This document shows positions 36,615 through 46,456 of a stretch of 62,575 nt of DNA, one piece after another. The notes beneath the pieces are model-generated. The model ran no database searches and was not told the origin of the DNA. It saw only the letters and a program-made list of their open reading frames with translations. The stretch lies in NCBI GenBank assembly GCA_043818015.1, contig JBDRGH010000003.1, positions 1-62,575 of the forward strand. The letters are read 5' to 3'. A program made the translations under genes and the position numbers. This stretch comes from Pseudomonadota bacterium (GTDB taxonomy: Bacteria; Desulfobacterota; UBA8473). The first letter of the stretch is position 1. Each line of letters opens with the position of its first letter.

Positions 36615-37546
36615 CTATCTTCCTTCTGCAAAATCCATTGGTAAGACTTTTTTATTCCCTCTTCAATCGACACTTTCGGCTCCCACTTGAGAACCTTTCT
36701 TGCCAGGGAGATGTCCAAGACATTCACAGGAACGTCTATTCTCCTTTCTTCTTTATACCTTATCTCGATCTCTTTCTCTGCAATCGGTGCCATCACTTTG
36801 ATCAGATCGTTCAGAGAGGACCCGTTTCCACTTCCGACATTGAATATATGGTGCTTTGTCTGTTTTGAGTCCATCGCTCTTAGGCATGCATTGATAAGAT
36901 CCTTAACATAGATGTAATCCCGAACGACACTGCCATCTCCCCAAATGACCAGAGGATCTCCTCTCACGATCTTCTTCAGAAAAACGGCAACGGCTCCCTG
37001 AGACCTGTCCGGGTCCTGCCTCTCTCCGTATGGATTCGAGAAACGAAGACTGACGTAGTCCAAGCCGTAAAGCTGATGATACAGATGAAGGTGTTTTTCG
37101 ATCATCAGTTTTGAGATGCCATACGCACAGATCGGATCGGTCGGATGGTCTTCGGTAATCGGGATCTCATCAGGAACTCCATAAACCGTTCCGCCAGACG
37201 ATGCAAAGATGATCCTCTTTACGCTGGTGGACTTTGCCATCTCAAGCAGATTCATGGTAGGGACCACGTTGGTCTCAACGTCATAAATCGGGTCTTGGGT
37301 CGAAGACTGTGGGTCGGTCGTGCTGATGAAATGGAAAACGTAGTCCATCCCTCTGATGGCCTTTCGGAGATGGCTCTTGTTGGTGAAGTCGCCTCCGAAC
37401 AGACCTATCCTGTCCAGGTTGTGGCTGACGTTTTTCGTGTCCCTGTCAACTTTGTCGAACACCGTGACTCGATGTCCCTCATCCAGCAATCCATCCACGA
37501 GATGCGAGCCGAGAAAGCCGCATCCGCCCAGGACCAAGCACTTCAT
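36611..37546 (-). CDS. NAD-dependent sugar epimerase (GalE-like SDR)
   Basis: MKCLVLGGCGFLGSHLVDGL, ASSGGTVYG and YGISK (YxxxK). I prefer the ATG at 37546, which has GAGGA upstream. The stop overlaps the gp7-like ATG (ATGA at 36611-36614, checked). Confidence 0.85.
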   Translation of the reverse strand: MKCLVLGGCGFLGSHLVDGLLDEGHRVTVFDKVDRDTKNVSHNLDRIGLFGGDFTNKSHLRKAIRGMDYVFHFISTTDPQSSTQDPIYDVETNVVPTMNLLEMAKSTSVKRIIFASSGGTVYGVPDEIPITEDHPTDPICAYGISKLMIEKHLHLYHQLYGLDYVSLRFSNPYGERQDPDRSQGAVAVFLKKIVRGDPLVIWGDGSVVRDYIYVKDLINACLRAMDSKQTKHHIFNVGSGNGSSLNDLIKVMAPIAEKEIEIRYKEERRIDVPVNVLDISLARKVLKWEPKVSIEEGIKKSYQWILQKEDR

Positions 37547-37559
37547 CTCGTCCTCACTT

Positions 37560-38996
37560 TCAGCCTTCATTTGCCATAGGATTGTATGCATCATCCCCCT
37601 GCTCATCTTGCATGTGGACCTTCTCCGTCTCCGGATCGAGGCCCCGCTTCAGCTGCCAGGTCTTCCTGCTCACAACCTTGTTCCTGTACTCGATCTCCAT
37701 GGCCTCGTCTTCCTGCTTGATGTCCTGATGGATCAAGGGCTGAAACTCTACGTCGACTTCCGTGGAAGTGTTTTTGGGGAGTGGGCCGTGATCTATGGCA
37801 TTCTGTATCACGGCTCCGAAGATGTCGCTGTAGATGGTCTCCGCAAAATCCTGCCAATCCTCGATCTCCCTCACGAAGGGATTCTGGGCTATCATCGTCG
37901 AACTGTAATTTGCATTCGAGTAATCCGCGGTAAGGATCATCTCCGGAAAGCCGACTCCGGCTGCCACGGAAAGGAGCATGTTCCTTCCGTCCTCTGCCAC
38001 GTCGCTCGCATTGATGTTGGGAGAGAGTAGCTCATATTTGACGTTTGGTCCGGTGGTGATGACCGTCCCCCTCTCCAGCATCTTCGTCTTCTTGCGGTCA
38101 GACTCCTTCGTCTCAGACTCCAGGTTGTCTCGAAGCGCCTGTATCTGAGCGGTGGGAGCATCAACGTGCTTCACCAGAGCTATCGCCGTCCTGACCTTGT
38201 TGAGGACGATGCGGTCTTCCATCCAGTCCTTGTACTTCTTCAGCATCGGAGCGCAGACTTCAAGAAGGCTGATGCCCCTCTTCATGTCCGCATCCGCAAA
38301 GAGCTTATAGTGCAGGATCTCCTCCGCCGGAATCCTGGATTGAAGCTCCCCGTGATCGTCGCAAATGTAATAATGCTTGTAGTCTTCCACGTCATCCGGA
38401 TTGTGCCCTATCCCAAACGAGACCTTCTCTCCCTTGTGCAGATCCTTGTCGTCGACCTTCAGGCCTGTGGGCGTCCTGACCTTGCCCGGACGGATGAATC
38501 GAATCTTCACCAAGCCATCTTCATTTGTACCACCCTTGAACAGCCTCATAATGACCTCACCGTCCCGAAAGAAGCGGACGAAGATCTCCTTCTCCTTGAG
38601 GTTCCATTTCCTCTTCTTCGCCATGTTCTCTTTGGAGGAGCTCTCTCTCTTGAAGTTCACTATGATCTCCTTGACCTTTTCGTTCTTGTCCTTGGGCATG
38701 ATGTTGGCACCCTTGCCCACAACGAACTTGACCATCGTGCGCACGATGGCACGGGCATGGAGATTGGTGCGCCACAGCCTGTAGGCCTGCTCAAGCATCT
38801 CCCTGTGCTCCTCTTCCGTGGGCCGATATCCGGCCTCAGAGCCGTGCAGTATCCAATCAGAGTCCTCTTCCTTTTGCACTATGTTGCTTGCCTCCGCAAG
38901 CTGCTGCATGTTTTGATTGATGTAGCCAAAGAGGCTCTTCCGTTGCTCCAGCTCCAGCATGCCTATCTCTCGCTTCAATCTGTATCTCTTAAACAT
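37560..38996 (-). CDS. portal protein
   Basis: 478 aa, downstream of terL with only the radical SAM gene between them. TAGGAGG lies before the ATG. Size and composition fit phage portals. Confidence 0.7.
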   Translation of the reverse strand: MFKRYRLKREIGMLELEQRKSLFGYINQNMQQLAEASNIVQKEEDSDWILHGSEAGYRPTEEEHREMLEQAYRLWRTNLHARAIVRTMVKFVVGKGANIMPKDKNEKVKEIIVNFKRESSSKENMAKKRKWNLKEKEIFVRFFRDGEVIMRLFKGGTNEDGLVKIRFIRPGKVRTPTGLKVDDKDLHKGEKVSFGIGHNPDDVEDYKHYYICDDHGELQSRIPAEEILHYKLFADADMKRGISLLEVCAPMLKKYKDWMEDRIVLNKVRTAIALVKHVDAPTAQIQALRDNLESETKESDRKKTKMLERGTVITTGPNVKYELLSPNINASDVAEDGRNMLLSVAAGVGFPEMILTADYSNANYSSTMIAQNPFVREIEDWQDFAETIYSDIFGAVIQNAIDHGPLPKNTSTEVDVEFQPLIHQDIKQEDEAMEIEYRNKVVSRKTWQLKRGLDPETEKVHMQDEQGDDAYNPMANEG

Positions 38997-39031
38997 CCTG
39001 AGTCCTCCTATACGAAATCTAAAAAGCTTTT

Positions 39032-40438
39032 TTAAAAAGCTTTCTGCACCAAATTTTTATCTGTAATCCTTTTCCACTCAACACTCCTGATCTCTTCCAA
39101 CCATTCCGGAGTAAAATCCTTAGTTCTTATCACTCCTTTGGAAAATCTATATTTAAGGTAGGGAGCATTTTTTACAAGAAGACCTTTTCTTTGGCACTCT
39201 TTTAACAGGCGAGTACCTGGATATGGAGTGGCTATGAAAAAACCCAAATTATCCAAAGCTAGGGTCTCTGCAAAATCAATGGTCTGCCAGATCATCTCCT
39301 TGGTCTCTCCAGGCAACCCTATGATAAAAAAGCCATTGACTGCTATTCCTATCTTTCTTGCAAAGTCCACCAGGGAAGGAACTCTGTCAAGTTTTAATGG
39401 CTTGCGAATGATCTTGTCAAGGACATATTGACTACCTGACTCTATCGCCAGTGAAATATTGTAGCACCCACTATTTTTCATTTTTTTAAGTAGTTCTTCA
39501 TCAAGGTGATCCACAGAAATACCATTTGGAGTGGACCAAACCAAATCCAGCTTTCTATCAATTATGCCATCAAAAATACCCAAAGCCCTTTGCCTATCCG
39601 CTAGCAGACTGTCGTCTTCAAAGTAAATTTCTCTAATTCCCTGTCCGTTCACCAACTCTGTCAACTCCTGCAAAATACTGCTTACAGACCTTGTTCGAAA
39701 TTTTTGTCCCTGTATAAGACTAACAGAACAAAAAATGCAATTCCAAGGGCACCCTCTAGAAGTCACTACAGAAGTATAAGGTTTCCTTATTAGAGTTCCA
39801 TGTGCCACTCCAATATCCTGATACTTTTCCATGGGCAGTAAATCTCTGGCAGAAAACGGTAACAGATCCAAATCTTTAATCCAGCACCTATCCTTCAAAT
39901 TTATATGAGTCTTCTTTCTTGCCTTAAACCCAAGGCCTCCTATACCATTCAGATCTCCGCCTGTCTGTAATGCCTCCAACAGTCTAAGGAAAACCTCTTC
40001 TCCCTCTCCTAAAACTACAAAATCTATGCTTCTATCCGCCAATATCTTTTCAGGAAGTGCGGTAGGATGAGCGCCTCCTACCACTGTATGTACCTCTGGA
40101 TCAACTTCTTTTGCCAATCTACAAACATTGTACATGCTCTCCTCTAAAAAAGAAAACAGGCAGGACACTCCAACCACATCCGGCTGAATATCCCTTATGC
40201 GCTCTTTTATGGAAGCTTCGTTCAAGCCATAGCGAAGGCATCCCTCCGGCAAAAGCTCCTCAGTGTTAAACCCCTCTGCAACAGTATCCAATATCGTCAC
40301 CGAATAACCATTCTCCCTTAAATATGCAGCAATATAGGCAAGTCCTAAAGGAGGGCAAGATTTTTTAAGCTCCCTACCTTTGAATATGGTCATTGGTGGA
40401 AAAATAAGCAGTGCTTTTAATTTATTCATCTTCCTCAT
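39032..40438 (-). CDS. B12-binding domain radical SAM protein
   Basis: LLIFPP...[23 protein letters not shown] (B12-binding-type N-domain) and [13 protein letters not shown] (CX3CX2C). I prefer the start at codon 68 of the track ORF, whose ATG overlaps the terL TGA (ATGA at 40435-40438, checked). Confidence 0.85.
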   Translation of the reverse strand: MRKMNKLKALLIFPPMTIFKGRELKKSCPPLGLAYIAAYLRENGYSVTILDTVAEGFNTEELLPEGCLRYGLNEASIKERIRDIQPDVVGVSCLFSFLEESMYNVCRLAKEVDPEVHTVVGGAHPTALPEKILADRSIDFVVLGEGEEVFLRLLEALQTGGDLNGIGGLGFKARKKTHINLKDRCWIKDLDLLPFSARDLLPMEKYQDIGVAHGTLIRKPYTSVVTSRGCPWNCIFCSVSLIQGQKFRTRSVSSILQELTELVNGQGIREIYFEDDSLLADRQRALGIFDGIIDRKLDLVWSTPNGISVDHLDEELLKKMKNSGCYNISLAIESGSQYVLDKIIRKPLKLDRVPSLVDFARKIGIAVNGFFIIGLPGETKEMIWQTIDFAETLALDNLGFFIATPYPGTRLLKECQRKGLLVKNAPYLKYRFSKGVIRTKDFTPEWLEEIRSVEWKRITDKNLVQKAF

Positions 40439-42216
40439 CCATGTTCCACCTTCTCGAACCAGTATCCCTCTTGCTCCACCTCGTCGAGCACGGGGACAAG
40501 GTACTGCAGAAGGAACGGCGGAGCGCTCTTCACCACGTATCGGGCCGTGTCCATGCCGTGGTCGTTGATCTTCAGCGGTTGTCTCCTGACGACCTTTCCC
40601 TCCAGAGAGCGGGGATACTTGTAGTTGTTGAACTCCCAATCGGTGCCCTTCAGCTCCGGATTGTCCCAGTCCTCGTAACCCTTGACGATGTAATAATGGG
40701 CCTCGCCCCCCTCCCTCCTCAGATGCAGACGCATCATGTCAATGCCGTCCTCGACGGCGTTGTCGGCAGGGAGCGTCGCGATGTTGTAGAGCTGCTCCAG
40801 GTCGATCCTAGCCTGCTTCGCGGACGGGTCGGCAAAGATCAGCTCCCCCTCCACGTATCCCGGACTCCTGCGGATCTTCTCCGCATGGTCCGCCATGGTG
40901 TCCCCGGCAGACCTGTACTCGTAGAAAAGATAGAACGTGATCAGAGCCATGTTCAGGATGCCCCCCTGCAGGACCTCGGGGTCGTATGCTCCGTGGCTGT
41001 CGTTTACGGCGCGCTGCAGAGCCGCGACGTCCGCACGATACTTGCTGTAGACGAAGGGGTGTCCCGGAGAGGAGCCGAAGTCGATGCCGCTCACGATGAG
41101 CAGGCCGTCGCCGGACGGTCCGATCCGTTCGATCCTGTGAAAGTCCTCGTCGTACTCCTTCCCGTACACCTGGACCTCCCTGCTCGGCCTCTTGTTGAGC
41201 CACTGCGTCTCGAACGTGTCCTCGCTCATCGTCTCGTACTTCCTGACCACGTCCGAGACCTTGTAGAAGCCATCGGCATTGTGGGCAAGGCCCTTGCAGT
41301 ATTTCCACAGCGGGCAGTCCCCGTGCTTCGGGTCCCCCTTGCACTTCCTATCACACCTCTCGATCACCTCCCAGATGCACCAGGCATAGACGGAGGTATT
41401 GTTCTCCCTGGACTCGTCCAAGAGCCTCTGGAAGGTCCCGACGTCGTACTTCCTTGTTGAAAGGAACACCTGCTGGGCGGTGATGTCCTCCTTGCTCATC
41501 GTCATGGAAAAGCTCTCCTGCAGGACCTCCCAGTCCATCAGCTCCACCTCATCGATGCGCGCCTTGTTGGGATGGGGGCTGTTCAGGCCCTTGACGCTCC
41601 CGGTGATGACGCTCAGCATGGACTCGTTCCCGTACGTGCTGGCGGACCGCGTCGGGTCCTTCCGCAGGAGGGCCTTCAGCTCCCTGGTCCTGTGGAGCTT
41701 GGTGAAGTAGGCGTACATCCTGTCCGCCTGGTCCCTGGTCGCCCCTGCGGAAGCGATCTCGCAGTCCTCCTTGAACAGCATGTCGAGATGGTTCAGTATG
41801 GCGGTGTTGAGCGTCTTGCCCCCCGTCCTGTTGGCGAAGACGATGCAGTCCCCGACCCTCTCGAAGAACATGTCGGCAACGTAGTCGAACGGCGACCTGC
41901 AGCCGTGTCCGGGCCCGTGGTCCCCGCAGAGCCTCTTCCTCGGGATCTTCCATCCGAGATACTCCCATATGTACCACCACAGGACTTCCTCGTTATGGAT
42001 GCCGACGTCGACGAGCCTCACGAACAGGCCGTAGTCGATCTTCTCCGCCTCAATCTTGTGGTTTTTCTTGTAGGCATCCCACAAAGTTATGAGGTTGTGG
42101 AATTCGTCCTCATCGATCTGCTGCTGGTTTTCGATGCAATGGGTGAAAGCCTTCGAGAAGCAATCCTCGGGCCGCAGGCTTTCGTCGAATGATGCCGGCA
42201 GGCTGCCCACGTTCAT
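40435..42216 (-). CDS. terL: terminase large subunit
   Basis: 593 aa. Walker A-like [11 protein letters not shown] in the N-terminal ATPase region and a C-terminal nuclease-like region. ATG at 42216 with GGAGG upstream. Confidence 0.85.
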   Translation of the reverse strand: MNVGSLPASFDESLRPEDCFSKAFTHCIENQQQIDEDEFHNLITLWDAYKKNHKIEAEKIDYGLFVRLVDVGIHNEEVLWWYIWEYLGWKIPRKRLCGDHGPGHGCRSPFDYVADMFFERVGDCIVFANRTGGKTLNTAILNHLDMLFKEDCEIASAGATRDQADRMYAYFTKLHRTRELKALLRKDPTRSASTYGNESMLSVITGSVKGLNSPHPNKARIDEVELMDWEVLQESFSMTMSKEDITAQQVFLSTRKYDVGTFQRLLDESRENNTSVYAWCIWEVIERCDRKCKGDPKHGDCPLWKYCKGLAHNADGFYKVSDVVRKYETMSEDTFETQWLNKRPSREVQVYGKEYDEDFHRIERIGPSGDGLLIVSGIDFGSSPGHPFVYSKYRADVAALQRAVNDSHGAYDPEVLQGGILNMALITFYLFYEYRSAGDTMADHAEKIRRSPGYVEGELIFADPSAKQARIDLEQLYNIATLPADNAVEDGIDMMRLHLRREGGEAHYYIVKGYEDWDNPELKGTDWEFNNYKYPRSLEGKVVRRQPLKINDHGMDTARYVVKSAPPFLLQYLVPVLDEVEQEGYWFEKVEHG

Positions 42217-42239
42217 CCGTTCGGGTTGACCTCCGTTTT

Positions 42240-42285
42240 TATATAATTCATTCTGTGAATTATATAACTTTTTGTGCTTTGTTAA
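42240..42285 (-). promoter_or_regulatory. candidate promoter overlapped by a perfect palindrome, upstream of terL
   Basis: TATATAATTCA (42240-42250) and TGAATTATATA (42256-42266) are exact inverted repeats with a 5-nt spacer. The minus strand reads TTAACA (42285-42280)-N15-TATAAT (42264-42259), ending about 40 nt before the terL ATG. Confidence 0.35.
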
Positions 42286-43119
42286 AAAACTGTCGGTTCC
42301 TGATGCTTGCCACTGCTGTAAATATTTTGCTATAATTTTCTGGAATTGCCGTATAGGAGCTGTAAATCAGAAAACAGGAATTTTGGTTCCCCCCTACCCC
42401 CATCTCTCGATCTCAAAAAATTCAAATGTAGCCGGCCCTTTGCATGCCCCCACAGGCTGATGCTTTTGGAATCTGCCAAGCAGCCCCGCAAAGCTTCCAG
42501 CAGCTCCCCCTTCTTCCTCTTGCCGAACTCTGCGCCTGCCGAAGTCCCCCGCCAGCCGTCCTTGGATCCCAGCTCCTCAAGATCAATGCCTTTTAATGCC
42601 TTTCCGACAACCCCTCCCATCTTATCCATCCTCGCACCTCCTTCCTGCTGCATTTCAACAGGCACCAGGTCTTCAGCCAACGCCACCGTCTAAGATGCCA
42701 TGGGGCTGCGCCCATCTTCCAACCGTCGGTGAACCTTATCTCTTCTTCTCCGATGAGCGTCCTTGCCTCCTTTCCCTTGATCCTTTCCACCTCCCGTCGC
42801 ACCTTCTCGCGTCGTATGCAGGCAAGCAGAACAGGCCCCAAGCCATGCGGTCGGTCTCCGACAAGGGCACGGCCGCTCTTTCCGATGCAAGTCTGTGACT
42901 GGATGATGCAACCAACCAAAGATGGGCGTAAGAGACCATTCAGCGTAAACCTTTGGTGGCAGACAGCAGTATGGCAATGGCAGCCCCTCTCTTTGGTTGA
43001 ATATCCTTAGTGTTGTCAATGTGTTAGGCAGGTGTCATGGCAGCCTGGCAGTCGCAACTCCTCATGGTCCCACCATCCCATGGACACAGAGTCCGCTGCC
43101 TCATTGACGCCGTTTTTAG

Positions 43120-43196
43120 TACTTCCCTCCATCGGATCTTTACTTCCCCCATACTTCCCTCCATCGAATCTTCACTCCCCCCATACTTCCCTCACC
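43120..43196. repeat. phased direct repeats (iterons)
   Basis: A roughly 32-nt unit repeated 2.4 times. The core TACTTCCC (one copy degenerate, CACTCCCC) starts at 43120, 43141, 43152, 43173 and 43184, giving spacings of 21/11/21/11 nt. Confidence 0.75.
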
Positions 43197-43426
43197 GCCT
43201 CAACTTCTTTTCTCGTTGTCTTGCTCTGTGGCTGAGCATGGTCTTCTTGTGCCTTTTTCATCTTCTCTCTGTGTCTTTCTTCCCGCTCTTTGAACCCCTC
43301 TCTGCTCCCAGTCCTTTTGAATTCGGCCAAAGCTTTCAGAGCCTCCTTCGTCGCTCGGCGTTTCCGTATCTCCACAACCTTTGTCGTCGGCTCTGCCATG
43401 ACCTTTTTCACGTCAGCCACTTCCAC
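43172..43426 (-). CDS. small basic hypothetical protein
   Basis: 84-aa Lys/Arg/Glu-rich ORF. Its 3' end overlaps the iterons. Confidence 0.3.
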   Translation of the reverse strand: MEVADVKKVMAEPTTKVVEIRKRRATKEALKALAEFKRTGSREGFKEREERHREKMKKAQEDHAQPQSKTTRKEVEAVREVWGE

Positions 43427-43620
43427 GACGTTCCGTTTCCGATCCTACTGACCGTGTTCTGGCTCACGCCGAACACCTCTGCTATCGTTCTCTGAAGGTT
43501 TCCAAACCTCAACAGCGTCCTGATCAATCTCACTTCATCTTCCGTCAGCTTCGCGTTCCTGTTCCTATCTCCGCACCTGTACGTCCCATAATCTGTCTCC
43601 GGGGTCAGCCGTCTCGTCAT
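43408..43620 (-). CDS. HTH DNA-binding protein
   Basis: 70 aa. NAKLTEDEVRLIRTLLRFGNLQRTIAEVFGVSQNTVSRIGNGTSW is a typical phage HTH motif. Confidence 0.5.
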   Translation of the reverse strand: MTRRLTPETDYGTYRCGDRNRNAKLTEDEVRLIRTLLRFGNLQRTIAEVFGVSQNTVSRIGNGTSWKWLT

Positions 43621-43645
43621 CTCAAAGCCGCTCCCTCCCAGACGC

Positions 43646-44137
43646 TCATTTCTTCTTCCCTTCTTCCTCCGCCTGCTTCCTCAGCCAATCGCCCATCGTG
43701 CTCCCGCCTTTCTTTCCCGCCTCTTCAGGCGGGCGCTCTTCCTTGGGTTTCAAACCGAGCTTCGTCTGCAGCCTCTCTATCATGCCCCTGCGTATCGCAG
43801 CATCGACGTCTCCGGTCTTTGCCTTCTTTATCGCGTCTATCAGGACCTCCTTCTCAAGAGCCGTGTAGAGCGCCTGGTTCTCGCCGGACTGATCGAACCG
43901 CCCCTTCTGCAGGATGTACCCCTTGATCGCCTCGTTCTCCAGCCACCTGTCGACCTGCTGCTCGCCGGCCAAAGGGTCCATCAACCTGCCGGCATCATAC
44001 TTGGGTATCCCGCCGCAGACGTAATCGCAAAACTCCTTCTGCCTGGTGGTCAACTGGTCCGGGTCCGTGTAAGAATCGAGCGACGGACTGCCCCTTCCCT
44101 TCACCGGCTTTTTGATTTCTAAAGACCTTCTTTCCAT
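43646..44137 (-). CDS. putative terminase small subunit
   Basis: 163 aa. LTTRQKEFCDYV resembles the N-terminal motif of Terminase_2-type small subunits. Upstream of terL on the same strand. Tentative. Confidence 0.4.
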   Translation of the reverse strand: MERRSLEIKKPVKGRGSPSLDSYTDPDQLTTRQKEFCDYVCGGIPKYDAGRLMDPLAGEQQVDRWLENEAIKGYILQKGRFDQSGENQALYTALEKEVLIDAIKKAKTGDVDAAIRRGMIERLQTKLGLKPKEERPPEEAGKKGGSTMGDWLRKQAEEEGKKK

Positions 44138-44193
44138 ATTACAATCCTGGCATGATTTTGTTGCATCTCATTTGCGGATCATTTTTGAACCGT

Positions 44194-44589
44194 TTACGGC
44201 AGATCGAGATCCCCGTCGTCGCGGATCTGGGAGAGCCTTATCAGCTCCTCTATGCTGCTGTCGTGCAGATAGCCCGTCTTCCGCCCTCTCGGATCCCTTT
44301 CCTGCTCCTCCCTGCCCTTGTCCTTCAGCCTCTGGAGCAAGAACCTGAACTTGTCCCTGTGGATGTTGAAGGCCTTCGACACCAGGTAGAAGCTGATCAC
44401 GTCCTCCCGCATCTTCCTCTCCTCTTCTTCCATGAACAGCCAGTCGGCTGCCTGCCTGTGCCTTCCGTGCCCCTCATCGAACTGCATATAGTCGTTCACC
44501 GTCTCCCGGAGCAGCATCCACCACAGCTGAGGAAAAAGGCGGACGTCCATCTCAAGGAAGATCTGCTTGCCTTCGAGTTCATCCGCCAT
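44194..44589 (-). CDS. hypothetical protein
   Basis: 131-aa GC-rich ORF, co-directional. Confidence 0.4.
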   Translation of the reverse strand: MADELEGKQIFLEMDVRLFPQLWWMLLRETVNDYMQFDEGHGRHRQAADWLFMEEEERKMREDVISFYLVSKAFNIHRDKFRFLLQRLKDKGREEQERDPRGRKTGYLHDSSIEELIRLSQIRDDGDLDLP

Positions 44590-44631
44590 CTATCGTGCCG
44601 TCCCGTCGACCATTTGTTCCGTCCTCTCTTT

Positions 44632-45330
44632 CTACAAGAATCCCTTGACGTATCCGATCTCGAACGCCTCTGCCGCACTGAAGCCTATGCAGCTCCCCCT
44701 ATAGCCGGCCAGATCCAGCATCCCTTTGACTGACCTGGGATGCGGAGGCCCTTTGGCTTCCCCTTCATAACATTCGAAGGCTTGCAACTTCATCGGCAGG
44801 GTGTCCTCGATGTCCACGTACATCGTCGGATGGAAGAGGCGCTCGGAGCAGAACCTGTCCGTGGAGGACGGCATCTCGAAGAAGAACAGGCCCTTGCAGT
44901 CGGGAAATGCCTCCGGCCTGAAGACGGTCTGCACAGCTTGGGAAGTCATCTGGTGGTCTACGTTGAGGTCCCTTTGGAAGTGGGTGAAGACGTAGTCAGG
45001 AGGCCCCAAAGCTCCCACCCATCGCTCGATGGCTTTGACGATGGAGAGCATGGGTCCGGAATCGAAGCTGTTGTCGGGAAAGTCCTTAAAAGACAGGTTC
45101 TTGATCCCGAGTATCCTTGCCGCTTTCCTGCTCTGACGTTTCAGATCGGCCACCACGTCGTAACTGGCGCCATCCCGACTCATCTCTCCCTCTCCAAGGA
45201 TGAGGCAAGAGATTTCGTATTCCTCGGAATACTTCGCCATCGTCCCTCCGCAGCCGATCTCGTCGTCCGGATGGGCGACTATCACGAACATCTTGAACAT
45301 CGAATCTAACTCCTTCATACCTTTTGACAA
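44632..45330 (-). CDS. PIG-L/LmbE family deacetylase
   Basis: VIVAHPDDEIGCGG and NVDHQ motifs. Confidence 0.8.
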   Translation of the reverse strand: MSKGMKELDSMFKMFVIVAHPDDEIGCGGTMAKYSEEYEISCLILGEGEMSRDGASYDVVADLKRQSRKAARILGIKNLSFKDFPDNSFDSGPMLSIVKAIERWVGALGPPDYVFTHFQRDLNVDHQMTSQAVQTVFRPEAFPDCKGLFFFEMPSSTDRFCSERLFHPTMYVDIEDTLPMKLQAFECYEGEAKGPPHPRSVKGMLDLAGYRGSCIGFSAAEAFEIGYVKGFL

Positions 45331-45537
45331 AAACTTGAGTGCTTCCTTACCTTTTTCGGCTTATCAAAAATTTTTTTCTTGCAGTCCTTACAGATTACCA
45401 TATAATAAGAATACAAGCTGACCTTGTACTGACAATTCTTACTCTCGTCATTAACAGCAAGCTTTATCTTATAAACACCAGATTTAATCCTTTTATACTT
45501 CTGGCATGCAGGACAGTAAATGACTTCCGCATCAGAG

Positions 45538-46308
45538 TTAAGATTGATTCTTTCCGCTCTTCATCTCTTTTTTACCCACATTGTTTTCCGTCAGAATCTC
45601 CAGGCTTCTCGGCCCGTGGTTCAAGGCCAGATCCACCACGCTCATGTGCGCATGAAATTCTCCAGAAGTCTTCAACTGATGCTGTCCATATGCTGGATGC
45701 TGGTAATCCTGATACGCGATCTTTATTCCCGCCTTCTCAAACTTCTTTTCCTCCAGATAGCCTTTCCCTAACGTTCCACTGAAATAGATGTCCGCCTTCT
45801 CTCTCTGACAGATCTCCAAAACCAGATCGCTCTTCGTCCCGATGAGAGGCGGATCATAAGCGGAGCTCTTCTTGATCTCAGAATCTATCCCAAGCATCTT
45901 GCCCAGATAAACGGAAGAGAACTCCAGATTGGCGTCCAAGTCCTTCCAATCGAACACACGCATCAATCTGAACATCTCCCTCATCGCATGCCCGTGTTCG
46001 GGCTTGTCCCAGTAAGGAGACTTGGAATAGCACAGGCTAATCGAGCGGAGATGCTTATCCAGCCAGTTCACCCTTTCATCCACCAGAACCTTGCTGATCT
46101 GCTGCTTGGAATCGGCTTTGGTCAAGGCAGGAATCGTCAGCCACATCTCCCTTCCGTCAGGCTGGAGGATCCTGTTGCGATTAATGAAGCTGTTCTTTTC
46201 AAACTGGACCGTATTCAGTATGACAAAAATATCTGCAACAGACATCTTATGAAAATATCCAAGCCAAGGAATATAGGCTGGCTGGTGTATGGATATTATC
46301 TTAGTCAT
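45538..46308 (-). CDS. WbqC-like family protein
   Basis: IHQPAYIPWLGYFHKM...NTVQFEKNSFINRNRI N-terminal signature. Confidence 0.75.
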   Translation of the reverse strand: MTKIISIHQPAYIPWLGYFHKMSVADIFVILNTVQFEKNSFINRNRILQPDGREMWLTIPALTKADSKQQISKVLVDERVNWLDKHLRSISLCYSKSPYWDKPEHGHAMREMFRLMRVFDWKDLDANLEFSSVYLGKMLGIDSEIKKSSAYDPPLIGTKSDLVLEICQREKADIYFSGTLGKGYLEEKKFEKAGIKIAYQDYQHPAYGQHQLKTSGEFHAHMSVVDLALNHGPRSLEILTENNVGKKEMKSGKNQS

Positions 46309-46456
46309 TTTTTATTCCTCTTTTGAATATGAACCAATTCTCCAGTTCCAAAGTCTTCAACAAAGGCCTCCTGTTTTTAGGACAGCAGCCATACTTCTTC
46401 TGATATGTGATTATTGAGTTTATCCTTCTCACTCAATTTAAAGACAATCTTTTCCG

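Noticed and set aside
40439-40639. 67-codon N-terminal extension of the radical SAM ORF (track start at 40639), which overlaps terL
   Set aside because: The extension is Arg/Gly/Pro-rich and lies inside terL in another frame. The ATG at 40438 overlaps the terL stop (ATGA) and is followed directly by the conserved B12-domain N-terminus.
40411-41460. Long plus-strand ORFs such as 40411..41460 (349 aa), 31082..31948 (288 aa), 38166..39035 (289 aa), 41572..42192, 9149..9859 and 24864..25541
   Set aside because: Each lies antisense to a well-supported minus-strand gene, mostly in GC-rich stretches. Their composition is Arg/Leu/Pro/Val/His-rich and unprotein-like, with no RBS. They are shadow ORFs.
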